A stretch of DNA of 64,000 nucleotides from an uncultured Methylomirabilota bacterium (GCA_963705305.1 OY970067.1:5376001-5440000), one strand, 5' to 3'; positions 1-10,217 are shown, counted from the stretch's first letter. Notes: generated by a model not told the origin, from the letters alone. Numbers and translations are program-made.

Positions 1-1032
1 CTGAAGACCCTCGAGACGGCGGCCACCGACGGCGCGCACGTCGTGCGCCGCCTGCAGGAGTTCGCCCGGCAGCGGCCGCGGTTATCCTTGAGCCCGGTCG
101 ATCTGGGCCAGGCGGTCGAGGAGGCCCTGGAGATCACGCGCCCCCGATGGCGCGACGAACCCCAGCGGCTGGGACGCGTCATCGAGGCGCGCACCATGCT
201 GGACGGTCTGCCCCACATCCTTGGACACGCGCCCGAGATCCGTGAGGTCCTGATCAACCTGATCCTGAACGCCGTGGATGCCATGCCCCAGGGCGGGACG
301 CTGGCGCTGGCCGGTCGCGCGGTGGCGGCACTGCGGGGCCAGCAAGGGACGGGCCAGTGGGTTGAGCTGACCGTCAGCGATACCGGATGCGGCATGACGG
401 AAGAGGTGCGGCGGAGGATCTTCGAGCCATTCTTCACCACCAAGGGCATGCACGGAACCGGGCTCGGCCTCTCCGTCGTGTACGGCATCATGGAGCGTCA
501 CCGGGGCCGCATCCAAGTCGTGTCGGCGCCGGGGCAGGGGACAACGTTCACCCTCCGGTTCGAGGCCGTCCCTCCGCAGGCGGCCGTTGCACCGCCGGTC
601 GCCGCCGCCACCCTCCCCGCACGCAGGCGCATCCTCCTGATCGACGACGACCCCGGCGTCCGCCAGACGCTGGGCAGTCTGCTCCGGGCAGTGGGCCACC
701 AGGTCGTCGAGGCAGCCGGGGGCGCGGACGGGTTGGCGCGTTTTGCCGAGGGGGCCGTGGACCTGGTGCTGACGGACCTGGGCATGCCGGAGATGAACGG
801 GTGGGAAGTGGCGCGCGCCGTCAAGGCTGCCTCCCCGCGGCTGCCGGTCGTCCTCCTCACGGGATGGGGAGAGCACGCCTCCGCCGAGGCGGACGCGGCC
901 CGCGCGCGCGAGGTCGTGAATCGCATCCTCGGCAAGCCCTTCCGGCTGGAGGAGCTCCTCCGCACGATCGGAGACCTCACCCCCCGGGCCGCCGCCGACT
1001 CGGAGATCCCCCCGCAGGCTCCCGCCGGCTGA
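1..1032 (+). CDS. Hybrid sensor histidine kinase/response regulator, 5'-truncated by the window
   Basis: Frame is open from position 1. HATPase motifs (NLILNAVDAM, DTGCGM, FEPFFTTK, GTGLGL) followed by a C-terminal receiver domain (LLIDDD, DLGMP, GKPF). Confidence 0.93.
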   Translation: MKTLETAATDGAHVVRRLQEFARQRPRLSLSPVDLGQAVEEALEITRPRWRDEPQRLGRVIEARTMLDGLPHILGHAPEIREVLINLILNAVDAMPQGGTLALAGRAVAALRGQQGTGQWVELTVSDTGCGMTEEVRRRIFEPFFTTKGMHGTGLGLSVVYGIMERHRGRIQVVSAPGQGTTFTLRFEAVPPQAAVAPPVAAATLPARRRILLIDDDPGVRQTLGSLLRAVGHQVVEAAGGADGLARFAEGAVDLVLTDLGMPEMNGWEVARAVKAASPRLPVVLLTGWGEHASAEADAARAREVVNRILGKPFRLEELLRTIGDLTPRAAADSEIPPQAPAG

Positions 1033-1123
1033 ACCACGAGGGACTTGCCAAGCGCCTCCTCGGAGGCGAGAATCATCCGGCGGCCCCCGTCCGCGGCCTC
1101 GAACCCCACGGCCCCCAAGGAGT

Positions 1124-2911
1124 ATGTTGGAGGGAGCAGCTATCGCGCGTCTCTGGCAGTACGTCTGGCCCATCCTCCGCCGCTATCGGCGGCTGTTCCT
1201 CTGGGGCATCCTGGCCCTGCTGGCCACCGACGCCACGAGCCTCTTGATTCCATGGCTGGTGCGTCGCGCTCTGGACAACTTCTCGGCGGCCCCGGCCCGC
1301 CGTCTGGCCCTCCTGGACTATCCCGCGCTCATCCTCCTGGCGGCCTGCGCCCAGGGCGTCTTCCGGTACTTCTGGCGCACCCGGGTTTTCGGTTTCTCCC
1401 GCCACATCGAATGGGACCTGCGCAACGTCCTCCTCGCTCACCTGCAGCGCCTTCCGCTGCGGTACTTCCAGCACGTAAAGACTGGCGATCTCATGTCCCG
1501 CCTCACCAACGATCTGGCTTCCGTGCGGGAGATGCTGGGCATCGGCGCCGTGGCGGGGCTGGACGGGGCCGTCCTGATCCTGTCTGCCGTCCCTTTGATG
1601 GTCGCCATCGATCCCTCCCTCACCCTCTGGTCGCTCGTGGCCCTGCCGGGGATCACCCTCGTCGTTCTCGGCTTCGGCAACCGCATCCATCGCGGACACC
1701 GGGAGGTCCAGCAGCTGCTGGGAAAGGTGAGCATCTTCGTGCAGGAGACGCTGGCGGGCATCCGCGTCGTGCAGGCCCATGCCCAGGAGGAGAACCAGCG
1801 GCGACGCTTCGCCGAACTCAGCGCCGAGTACATGCGCAAGAACCTGGCCATCGCGCGCCTCAGCGGCCTGCTATGGCCACTCATGGCGGTCTTCTCCGGT
1901 GCGGCGGCGGCGATCGTCCTCTGGCTGGGGGGCAGCCGAGTCCTGGCGGGCCGCATGACCATCGGGGAATTCGTGCAGTTCAACAGCTACCTCGTCATGC
2001 TCACCTGGCCGGTGATGGCCGTCGGCTACGTGGTGAACCTCTACCAGCGCGGGACCTCGGCGTTGGGGCGCCTGGCGGAGATCCTGGACACGCCCATCGC
2101 CCCCGGTCACCGCGTGCCGGACGACGGCATGCCGAGGCGCTTGCGGGGCGAGATCGAGCTCCAGGGCCTGTCCTTCTGCTATAACGAGGGCGGCCGGCCG
2201 ATCCTGGAGGACATCTGGCTGACCATCCCGGCCGGCAGCCGGTGCAGCATCGTGGGCGAGGTGGGGGCGGGCAAGAGCACCCTGGTAAACCTGATCGCCC
2301 GGCTCTACGAGGCACCCGAGGGCACGCTCTTCCTCGACGGCCGGGACATTCGGACGATCCCCCTCTCCCGCCTGCGCGCCTCGACCGGACTGGTTTCGCA
2401 GGACATCTTCCTCTTCTCCGAAACCATCCGTGAGAATATCCTCTTCGGACGTCCCGAGGCCACAGTCCAGGACGTGGAAGAGGCCGCCCGGGTGGCCGCC
2501 CTGCTGCCCAGCATCCGGGAGTTCCCGGACCGGCTCGACACCGAGCTGGGGGAGCGGGGTGTGCGCCTTTCCGGCGGGCAGAAGCAGCGCACGGCCCTGG
2601 CCCGGGCCCTCATCCGGAACCCGGCCATCCTGATCCTGGACGACGCCTTCTCCAACCTGGACGTCCAGACCGAGGAGAGCATCCTGCGCGAGCTCTCGGC
2701 GGCGATGGAGGGGCGGACCACGATCATCATCTCCCACCGCATCTCGACGGTGAAGCACGCCGACCAGATCGTCTATCTGAAGGACGGGCGGATCGTGGAG
2801 CGGGGCACGCACGCCGAGCTGCTGGCGCGCGAGGGATACTACCACCGCCTGTACCGGCGACAGCTGCTGGTCAGCGAGATCGAAGCCCTGACCGACCGGG
2901 AGAACGGCTAG
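1124..2911 (+). CDS. ABC exporter, fused permease/ATPase (MdlA/YheI-like half of a heterodimer)
   Basis: Six-TM N-terminal region, Walker A GEVGAGKS, signature LSGGQ, Walker B ILILDD (degenerate site). Confidence 0.92.
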   Translation: MLEGAAIARLWQYVWPILRRYRRLFLWGILALLATDATSLLIPWLVRRALDNFSAAPARRLALLDYPALILLAACAQGVFRYFWRTRVFGFSRHIEWDLRNVLLAHLQRLPLRYFQHVKTGDLMSRLTNDLASVREMLGIGAVAGLDGAVLILSAVPLMVAIDPSLTLWSLVALPGITLVVLGFGNRIHRGHREVQQLLGKVSIFVQETLAGIRVVQAHAQEENQRRRFAELSAEYMRKNLAIARLSGLLWPLMAVFSGAAAAIVLWLGGSRVLAGRMTIGEFVQFNSYLVMLTWPVMAVGYVVNLYQRGTSALGRLAEILDTPIAPGHRVPDDGMPRRLRGEIELQGLSFCYNEGGRPILEDIWLTIPAGSRCSIVGEVGAGKSTLVNLIARLYEAPEGTLFLDGRDIRTIPLSRLRASTGLVSQDIFLFSETIRENILFGRPEATVQDVEEAARVAALLPSIREFPDRLDTELGERGVRLSGGQKQRTALARALIRNPAILILDDAFSNLDVQTEESILRELSAAMEGRTTIIISHRISTVKHADQIVYLKDGRIVERGTHAELLAREGYYHRLYRRQLLVSEIEALTDRENG

Positions 2912-2913
2912 CC

Positions 2914-4692
2914 ATGCATGGGCCCCACGTCCACATCGACGACGAGGTGCTGGGGAAGGCCTACGACGCCCAGCTGGCCCTCCGCCTGCTGGGGTATCTC
3001 TCGCCCTACTGGCTGCCGGTCCTGCTGGCCCTGGGGCTCTTGGCCGGCTACATCGGATCACAGCTTTTGGGGCCCTATCTGGTCAAGGTGGCCATCGACC
3101 GGTACATCGCCGCCAAGAACCTCGCCGGCCTGGACCGGGTGGCCGCGCTCTACCTGGGCGCCGTGGTCCTCGGGTTCCTGCTGCAATTCGGCTACTCCTA
3201 TCTCACCCAGTACGTCGGTCAGCGGATCATGGACGACCTGCGACGCCAGCTGTTCGGTCATCTGGTCGGCCATGACCTCGCCTTTTTCGACCGGAACCCC
3301 GTCGGCCGCCTCATGACCCGCGTCATCAACGACGTGGAGAATCTGAACGAGCTGCTCAGCTCCGGGGTCGTGGCCGTGCTGGGAGACAGCCTGATGATCC
3401 TGGGGATCGCCGGTGCCATGTTCTTTCTGGACTGGCGCCTGGGAACCCTTGGGCTGGCCTTGCTGCCCCTCATGCTGGTGGCCACCAACGCCTACCGCCG
3501 CCGGGCTCGGGAGACCTATCGGGACAGCCGCCGGATCCTCGCCCGCCTGAACGGGTATCTGAACGAGAACATCTCGGGCATGGCTACCGTCCAATCTTTC
3601 GGCCAGGAGCAGGGAAACTACTTGAAGTTCAAGGAGATCAACAGCCGAAACCGGGATGCCCTGCTGAGGAGCGTCCACTACAATGCCATGTTCTTCCCCC
3701 TGGTCGAGGTGTGCAGCGCCGCCACCGTTGGCCTCATCCTGTGGCGCGGCGGGGGGTTGATCCTGGACCATCGACTGCTGCCGGGGGTGATCGTCGCCTT
3801 CATCCAGTACGTGCAGCGGATGTTCCAGCCCATCCGCGACCTGGCGGAGAAGTACAACATCTTTCAGGCGGCCATGGCCAGCAGCGAGCGAATCTTCCGC
3901 CTGCTGGATACGCCGCCGAAGATCCTGAGTCCCCTTCGGCCGAGCACCCCGCCTCGGGTGCGGGGAGCCATCGAGTTCCAGGATGTCTGGCTCTCATACC
4001 TGCCCGGCGAACCGGTCCTCCGCGGCATATCCTTCCGGGTCGAGCCCGGGGAGAAGATTGCGCTGGTCGGCCCCACCGGGCACGGCAAGACTTCGATCAT
4101 CTCCGCCCTGTGCCGCTTCTACGACGTGGAGCGCGGGCGGATCCTGGTGGACGGCCTGGACATCCGCGACTGGGACAAGACCCTCCTGCGGCGGCACATC
4201 GGGCTGGTGCTCCAGGACATCTTCCTGTTTTCCGGGTCCGTGGAGGAGAATATCGGTCTGGCCAACCCAGAGATCGGTCCCGACCGGATCGAGGAGGCCG
4301 CCCGGCGGGTGCACGCCAGCCGCTTCATCGAGCGGCTGCCGGGCCGCTACCGGGAGGTGCTGGAAGAGCGCGGGGCGACGCTCTCACACGGGGAGCGGCA
4401 GCTTTTGTCCTTCGCCAGGGCGCTGGCCTTCGACCCCGCCATCCTGATTCTGGACGAGGCCACCAGCTCCGTGGACACGGAGACCGAACTGCTCATTCAG
4501 GACGCCCTGCGGGTCCTGCTGCAAGAGCGGACAGCCATCATCGTGGCGCACCGCCTCTCCACCATCCAGTTCTGCGACCGTATCCTGGTGATCCACAAGG
4601 GGCGCATCCGCGAGGAGGGAACGCACACCGCCCTGCTGGCCAACGGGGGCCTGTATAGTCAGTTGCACGCACTCCAGTATCAGCTGACTTGA
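2914..4692 (+). CDS. ABC exporter, fused permease/ATPase (MdlB/YheH-like partner)
   Basis: Walker A GPTGHGKT, LSHGE signature, ILILDEATS, AHRLST; starts 2 nt after the preceding ABC gene. Confidence 0.92.
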   Translation: MHGPHVHIDDEVLGKAYDAQLALRLLGYLSPYWLPVLLALGLLAGYIGSQLLGPYLVKVAIDRYIAAKNLAGLDRVAALYLGAVVLGFLLQFGYSYLTQYVGQRIMDDLRRQLFGHLVGHDLAFFDRNPVGRLMTRVINDVENLNELLSSGVVAVLGDSLMILGIAGAMFFLDWRLGTLGLALLPLMLVATNAYRRRARETYRDSRRILARLNGYLNENISGMATVQSFGQEQGNYLKFKEINSRNRDALLRSVHYNAMFFPLVEVCSAATVGLILWRGGGLILDHRLLPGVIVAFIQYVQRMFQPIRDLAEKYNIFQAAMASSERIFRLLDTPPKILSPLRPSTPPRVRGAIEFQDVWLSYLPGEPVLRGISFRVEPGEKIALVGPTGHGKTSIISALCRFYDVERGRILVDGLDIRDWDKTLLRRHIGLVLQDIFLFSGSVEENIGLANPEIGPDRIEEAARRVHASRFIERLPGRYREVLEERGATLSHGERQLLSFARALAFDPAILILDEATSSVDTETELLIQDALRVLLQERTAIIVAHRLSTIQFCDRILVIHKGRIREEGTHTALLANGGLYSQLHALQYQLT

Positions 4693-4771
4693 CGGGACGC
4701 GAACGGGACGCTATCGTCCGCCCGCAGGGGACGGCGGAGGCGGGTGCGCCGGGGGGCTGGAGGAATCCGGG

Positions 4772-5488
4772 ATGGCCGACGATTCGATGTCGGAGTGCCG
4801 GGAACGGCCGCCACGCGGGGGGAGGCGGCTCCCCTCTCGCCGCACGGGAGCGTGGATCTGCCTGATGGCCCTGGGGGCCGCGCTGACGGCCGCGGCGTCC
4901 GGGTCGGCCAAGGACAAACCGCCGGAGGCCATGGATCCGGCCGAGACGGCGGTCCTGGAAGAGGTGAATCTGGCGCGCACCCACCCCGCCGAATACGCAA
5001 CCTACGTGGAAGAGCACAAGCGAAACTTCAAGGGGCCGATCGCCGTGGTGGTCGATGGGCGGAAGATCACCCGGACCGTCGAGGGGTTCAGAGCCGTCGA
5101 TGAGGCCATCGCGTTCCTGCAGAGCGTCAAGCCGGTGCCCGCCCTGTCGGCGTCCGGCCCGCTGACGCGGGCGGCCAGGGATCACGTCATGGACACCGGG
5201 CCCAGCGGGATAACCGGACATATCGGCACGGACGGCAGCCACCCGTGGGAGCGGCTGGCCAGGTACGGGAGGCCGGGGACAGTTAGCGGGGAGGTGATCA
5301 ACTACGGCGCCATCACCCCCCGCTCGATCATTGTCCAGCTCATCGTGGACGACGGGGTTCCCGATCGGGCCCATCGAAAGACGCTCTTCGAGCCCGACTT
5401 TCGGGTTGCCGGCGTGGCCATGGGTCCGCACAAGACCTTCGAATTGATGTGCGTCATCGACTTTGCCGATCGCATGCGCGCCAAGTAA
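4772..5488 (+). CDS. Secreted CAP/SCP domain protein
   Basis: Signal-like hydrophobic stretch, then VNLAR, AARDH, GHIGTDGS, LIVDDGVPDRAHRK motifs typical of bacterial CAP proteins. Start uncertain. Confidence 0.85.
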   Translation: MADDSMSECRERPPRGGRRLPSRRTGAWICLMALGAALTAAASGSAKDKPPEAMDPAETAVLEEVNLARTHPAEYATYVEEHKRNFKGPIAVVVDGRKITRTVEGFRAVDEAIAFLQSVKPVPALSASGPLTRAARDHVMDTGPSGITGHIGTDGSHPWERLARYGRPGTVSGEVINYGAITPRSIIVQLIVDDGVPDRAHRKTLFEPDFRVAGVAMGPHKTFELMCVIDFADRMRAK

Positions 5489-5709
5489 CCGGTCCCCGGC
5501 CGGGCGGCGAATGCTTCCGGCTCGCTCGTCTCCGGCCCGTTCAAACCTTGACTCCCCGACTGCTTTTGTGGTTTGATCCGGGCGGGTGCCGGCTGGATTG
5601 CCTGTCATTCCGGCAGCCGGCTGGAAATGCCTGCGTCGGAACCCTTGCGCGGTTGTCCGCACGGGGCCGGCAGAAGACCAGGCACACAACAGAATCGGAG
5701 GGCCAAGGC

Positions 5710-7044
5710 ATGGAGCCGCGTATCCTCGTGGTAGACGATGACACGCTGATCCGCCGCATCATGAAGGACACTTTATCCGCTCTCCCGGCTACGATCCTGG
5801 AAGCCGCCACCGGAGAGGATGCGATCGCGGTTGCCAAGGCCGAACGGCCGGATCTCATCTTCCTGGACACGATGATGCCCGGGATGGACGGTTTCCAGAC
5901 CGCGGAGCGCTTGAAGCTGGACGCAACCACAGCGCAGATCCCGCTGATTTTTGTGAGCGCCCTGGGCACCTCCAGCCACAAGGTGCGGGGCCTCGATTTG
6001 GGCGCCGAAGACTACCTGTCCAAGCCAATCGACCCCGAGGAGCTCAAGGCCCGCACCCGCTCGGTTCTTCGACGGGCGCGCCCGGCTGCTCCACCCCCCG
6101 CCGCGCCCGCCCCGCCGCCGACGACCGCCGCGCTAGCCACCGGCCAGCTGCAAGCCATGCCGCCGGTCTCTCTCCTGCGCTGGCTGGGAATCGAGCGGCG
6201 AAGCGGCCGGCTGCTGCTGACACGGGGGGGCATGGAGGGTGAGATTCTCCTGGTGGACGGGATGATCACGCGGGCGGGACAGGGCCAGCGGCGGGGAAAC
6301 GCGGCCCTCTTCGAGTTGCTCGGCTGGCGCGATGGGACGTTCGAGATCCTGGCATTGCCCGAGGACGCGGCGGCGCGTGGTGGCGAGGTCATGGGTGTGA
6401 GCGAAGACATCCTCCAAGAGGGGATTCGCCGCCTGGAGGAGATCCCCCAACTGCGGGCCGATTTGCCCGGGCCGGGAATCCCCTTGGAGGTGCCCCCGGT
6501 CATCCGTGCCGCCGTCCGATCGGAGGTGCCTCCCGAGGCAGTCGTCCTGCTGAGCCTCCTGGACGGGTCCCGCCACCTGGATCAAATCCTGGCCGAGAGT
6601 CCGGTGGACTCCTGGATGACCCTCACGCTCCTCCATCGATTGTTGCAACTCGGTGTCCTGGGCTGGACCGCCGAGCCGTCGGGGGCCCGGCGCATTATTC
6701 CGCGCGTACCGACAGAGGGGGCCTTGCAATACCAGGTTCTCCGAGACATGCCGCAGGCCATCTGCTATACGTTATCCACGCGGGGGATGTTCATTCACAC
6801 CCCCGAGCCGTACCCGGTAGGAGAGCAGGTGCTTCTCCGCTTCCAGATGCCGGGCGGTACGGCCTGGATCACGGCCATCGGGAAGGTCATCTGGCAGAAC
6901 GCGGACTCGCAGGAGGCCAAGCCCGACGAGCTCGGCATGGGATTGCAGTTCACCGAGATCGTGCCCCAGGCCTTGGAGTCCATCGAGCGGTGGCTATCGC
7001 ATGGGGTGGCGGCGGAGCTTCGCTCGACCCTGCAAGCCGATTAG
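5710..7044 (+). CDS. Response regulator with receiver, DUF4388-like middle domain and C-terminal PilZ domain
   Basis: ATG 5710 after GGAGGG. Receiver (VVDDD, DTMMP, SKP), Pro/Ala linker, RRSGRLLL...GEILLVDG...LLGWRDGTF, then PilZ-like RRIIPR...LSTRGMFI...GMGLQF. Confidence 0.85.
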   Translation: MEPRILVVDDDTLIRRIMKDTLSALPATILEAATGEDAIAVAKAERPDLIFLDTMMPGMDGFQTAERLKLDATTAQIPLIFVSALGTSSHKVRGLDLGAEDYLSKPIDPEELKARTRSVLRRARPAAPPPAAPAPPPTTAALATGQLQAMPPVSLLRWLGIERRSGRLLLTRGGMEGEILLVDGMITRAGQGQRRGNAALFELLGWRDGTFEILALPEDAAARGGEVMGVSEDILQEGIRRLEEIPQLRADLPGPGIPLEVPPVIRAAVRSEVPPEAVVLLSLLDGSRHLDQILAESPVDSWMTLTLLHRLLQLGVLGWTAEPSGARRIIPRVPTEGALQYQVLRDMPQAICYTLSTRGMFIHTPEPYPVGEQVLLRFQMPGGTAWITAIGKVIWQNADSQEAKPDELGMGLQFTEIVPQALESIERWLSHGVAAELRSTLQAD

Positions 7045-7420
7045 TGTCGTGAGTAAGAAATTCGCTGACAAATCGAGGCCCTCGGGATTGCCCCAAGCCC
7101 GCCGGGCCACACCCAGCCTGCGGCTGGGTACCCGGCCAGCCGGCGGGCACCCATTGCGCGTCAGCATCGCAATGGGTCGCCGCCGTGGCCTCCCAAATAC
7201 TCGTGCGCACACCAAGGCACCGTCCACGGCGCGACGCGTCCCGTCCGGGACGGCGGCGCCGGAGCAAGGCTGGCCGGTCTTCGACGAGGCCCCAGGCGGG
7301 AGAGGGACAGTCCCGGGGGCCGGTAAGATTGTCGCGGACTTCCGACTCGGGACACTAGCAGGTTCTGAAAATCTCGTTTCGCCGCAGGCCGCGGCAGCCG
7401 CCGGGTAGGCCCATTCATGT

Positions 7421-7612
7421 TTAAAGCGGCCGATCGGCCTTGCCCGCACAGCGGCGGCAGGTGGGAGGCTCGGCGGACGCCAGGCAGCCGTGGTGGACCA
7501 TCCCCCGGCACACCGTACAGACAGGGAACGGTTTTCCCCGAATCAGCGCCGCGATCCCCCGCAGCTCCTTCCCGCATACAGCACATCGCCACTTCAGGGT
7601 CGCGTTCTGCAT
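7421..7612 (-). CDS. Small putative zinc-finger protein with C4HC3 pattern
   Basis: 63 aa with C-x2-C-x18-C-x2-C-x4-H-x2-C-x8-C-x2-C; lies in an otherwise gene-free gap. Confidence 0.6.
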   Translation of the reverse strand: MQNATLKWRCAVCGKELRGIAALIRGKPFPVCTVCRGMVHHGCLASAEPPTCRRCAGKADRPL

Positions 7613-7646
7613 CTGGGGCCCCCGGCCCTCTCGCCCCCTTCACAGG

Positions 7647-7744
7647 GAATCGGTGAATCGGAGAGCCGGTGAACCGGGGCAAGACCCCGTTTCCCCGATT
7701 CTCCGTTTCCCCGTGTCTCCGTCACCCCAGCTCCCCGGCTCCCC
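7647..7744. repeat. Degenerate 8-bp tandem repeats in two opposed arrays
   Basis: GAATCGGT/GAATCGGA/GAGCCGGT/GAACCGGG, then CCCCGTTT/CCCCGATT/CTCCGTTT/CCCCGTGT/CTCCGTCA/CCCCAGCT/CCCCGGCT. Confidence 0.75.
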
Positions 7745-7770
7745 TGCGCCCGAGCGCAGCGGTGCGGGCC

Positions 7771-8946
7771 TCAGGTCACCGCCTCCAGGATTACGCACTT
7801 CAGGTACTGCGTCTCCCTGGCGGCCAGCAGGATGGGGTGATCGGCTGCCTGCGTTCGGACTTCCAGAAGCCGGAACTCCCGGCGCGCGTCTGCGGCGGCG
7901 TCCCGGAGCATCTCCAGGAAGGTCGGCGCGTCGACATGGTAGGAGCAGGAGCTGGTCACGAGCACCCCGCCGGGCGCGACGAGCTTCATGGCTCGCAGGT
8001 TGATCTCCTTGTAGCCGCGCAGGGCGCCCGCCAGGGCCTCCCGCCCCTTGGTGAAGGCCGGCGGATCCAGGATGGCGAGGTCGAAGCGGCGCCCCTCCCG
8101 GTCCATGGCCCGCAGCTCGTCGAAGGCGTTGCCCGCCTGGAACGTACAGCAGGATGCCAGGCCGTTCTCCTCGGCCGTCCGACGCGCCCAGGCCAGGGCC
8201 GCCTCGGACAGGTCGATGCCCACCACCGAGACAGCGCCGCCAGCCGCGGCAGCCAGGGCAAAGCCTCCGGAGTAACAGAAGCAGTCCAGGACGCGCCGCC
8301 CTCTCGCCAGCCGCCTCACCGCCTGGCGATTCTCACGCTGATCCAGGAAGAAGCCGGTCTTCTGGCCCTCCGCCACCTCCACGAAAAATCGCAGGCCGGC
8401 CTCTTCCATCCACAGGCCGGTGTCGCCCCCGCCCCAGGCGAAGCCTTTCCGCAGTTCCAGGCCCTCCAGCCTTCTGGGCGGGGCATCGTTTCGCTCGTAG
8501 ATGGCCCGGGGCTGGCTCACCGCCCGGAGGGCGTTGAGGACCGGCTCGCGCAGCCGCTCCATGCCCGCGGTCAACATCTGCACCACCACCATGTCCCCAT
8601 ACCGGTCGGCGATCAGGCCGGGCAGATGGTCGGCCTCGCCATAGATCAGCCGGCAGGCATCCGGCCCCTGCCGCGATCGACCGGCCTGCTCCGCCGCCCG
8701 CCGGATGCGCTGCTCGATGAAGGCGTCGTCGATCGCCTCCTCGGTCCGGTTGAGCAGCCGTCCGGCGATCTGCGACCTCAGATTGATCATCGCCTGCCCC
8801 AGGAGCCGCCTGCGCGCATCTCGCACCTGCGCCACGGCTCCGGGCGGACCCTCGTCCTCGACACGGGCGATGTCGCTCCGGTAGATCCAGGGGTGCCCGG
8901 CCTTCAGCCGGGCTTCCTTGCCGACGGCCAGCGTGACGACGAACAC
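7771..8946 (-). CDS. rlmI: Class I SAM-dependent rRNA methyltransferase (RlmI/RlmK-like)
   Basis: PUA-like GHPWIY start, EADHLPGLIADRY, GQKTGFFLDQREN, VLDCFCYSGGF, ILDPPAF, SSCS, YLK. Confidence 0.85.
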   Translation of the reverse strand: MFVVTLAVGKEARLKAGHPWIYRSDIARVEDEGPPGAVAQVRDARRRLLGQAMINLRSQIAGRLLNRTEEAIDDAFIEQRIRRAAEQAGRSRQGPDACRLIYGEADHLPGLIADRYGDMVVVQMLTAGMERLREPVLNALRAVSQPRAIYERNDAPPRRLEGLELRKGFAWGGGDTGLWMEEAGLRFFVEVAEGQKTGFFLDQRENRQAVRRLARGRRVLDCFCYSGGFALAAAAGGAVSVVGIDLSEAALAWARRTAEENGLASCCTFQAGNAFDELRAMDREGRRFDLAILDPPAFTKGREALAGALRGYKEINLRAMKLVAPGGVLVTSSCSYHVDAPTFLEMLRDAAADARREFRLLEVRTQAADHPILLAARETQYLKCVILEAVT

Positions 8947-9061
8947 GGAGTCCCTCTGATGTCCGGGGATGGAGGCCGGGGATCGAACACGGATCGGAAC
9001 GAATCCGTCCCGCCCGTCGACGGTTGGGCGGAGATAGCCCCCGCGCGGGCCGGGCGTCCTT

Positions 9062-10177
9062 CTATCCCGCCATCTTGCTCCAGGGGACGTAGGGTAAGCG
9101 GTGGGCCAGCGCCACCGGCTGGTTGGTCAGTTGCCCCCGCACGACGTTCAGGCCCTTGGCGATCTCGGAATTGTCGCGCGCCGCCTGCAGCCAGCCCTTG
9201 TCCGCGATCTGCCGAATGTAGGGAAGCGTCACATTGGTCAGGGCGAAGGTGGAGCTCCGCGCGTAGGCGCCGGGCATGTTGGCGACGCAGTAGTGGACTA
9301 CCCCGTCCACCGTGTACACCGGGTCGCTGTGGGTGGTCGGATGTGTCGTCTCGCAGCACCCCCCCTGGTCCACGGCGACATCCACGATGACGGCGCCCGG
9401 CCGCATCAGCTTCAGCATGTCCCGGGTCACCAGCCTGGGCGCCTTGGCCCCGTGGATCAGCACGGCGCCGATGAGGACGTCCGCCCGCCGCAAGCACTCC
9501 TCCAGGCTCATCCGGTTGGACATCAGCGTGGTGACGTTCTCCGGCAGGACCTCGTCCAGATAGCGCATGCGCAGCGGGTTGGTCTCCAGCAGGTAGACCC
9601 AGGCCCCCATTCCGGCCGCCACCCTGGCGGCGTTGTAGCCCACGATCCCTCCGCCCAGGACAACCACCGTGGCCGGCGGGACCCCCGGCACGCCGCCCAG
9701 GAGGACCCCCCGCCCTCCCAGGGGCTTGGCGAGGTAGGTGGCCGCGATGTGCACGGCCATGCGCCCCGCGACCTCGCTCATCGGCTCCAGGAGGGGCAGC
9801 CGGCTGTCGGCCGCCTCCACGGTCTCGTAGGCGATGCCAACGATCTTCCGCCGCAGCAGCGCTTCGGTCAGGGTTCGGTCGGCGGCCAGATGGAGATAGG
9901 TGAACAGGATCTGGTCGGAGCGGAGCAGCCCGTATTCCGAGGGAAGCGGCTCCTTGACCTTGAGGATCAGGTCGGCAGCCCGGAACACCTGGCGCGCCGT
10001 TCCCGCCACCCTGCCCCCGGCCGCCTGGTAGGCCTGATCGTTGATGCCCGAGCCCACCCCAGCCCCCTTCTGGACCAGCACCGTGTGGCCGCGGGCGACC
10101 AGGGCCTGCACCGTGGCGGGAATGGCCGCCACGCGGTTCTCGTTGTCTTTGATCTCCTTCGGAACCCCGATGTTCAT
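9062..10177 (-). CDS. ald: Alanine dehydrogenase
   Basis: IGVPKEIKDNENRV, KVKEP, FTYLHLA, PMSEVAGR, DVAVDQGGC, HYCVANMPGA. Confidence 0.97.
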   Translation of the reverse strand: MNIGVPKEIKDNENRVAAIPATVQALVARGHTVLVQKGAGVGSGINDQAYQAAGGRVAGTARQVFRAADLILKVKEPLPSEYGLLRSDQILFTYLHLAADRTLTEALLRRKIVGIAYETVEAADSRLPLLEPMSEVAGRMAVHIAATYLAKPLGGRGVLLGGVPGVPPATVVVLGGGIVGYNAARVAAGMGAWVYLLETNPLRMRYLDEVLPENVTTLMSNRMSLEECLRRADVLIGAVLIHGAKAPRLVTRDMLKLMRPGAVIVDVAVDQGGCCETTHPTTHSDPVYTVDGVVHYCVANMPGAYARSSTFALTNVTLPYIRQIADKGWLQAARDNSEIAKGLNVVRGQLTNQPVALAHRLPYVPWSKMAG

Positions 10178-10217
10178 GGAGACGCCTCCGTTCTCCCCTC
10201 CGTCGGCACCTGCCTCC

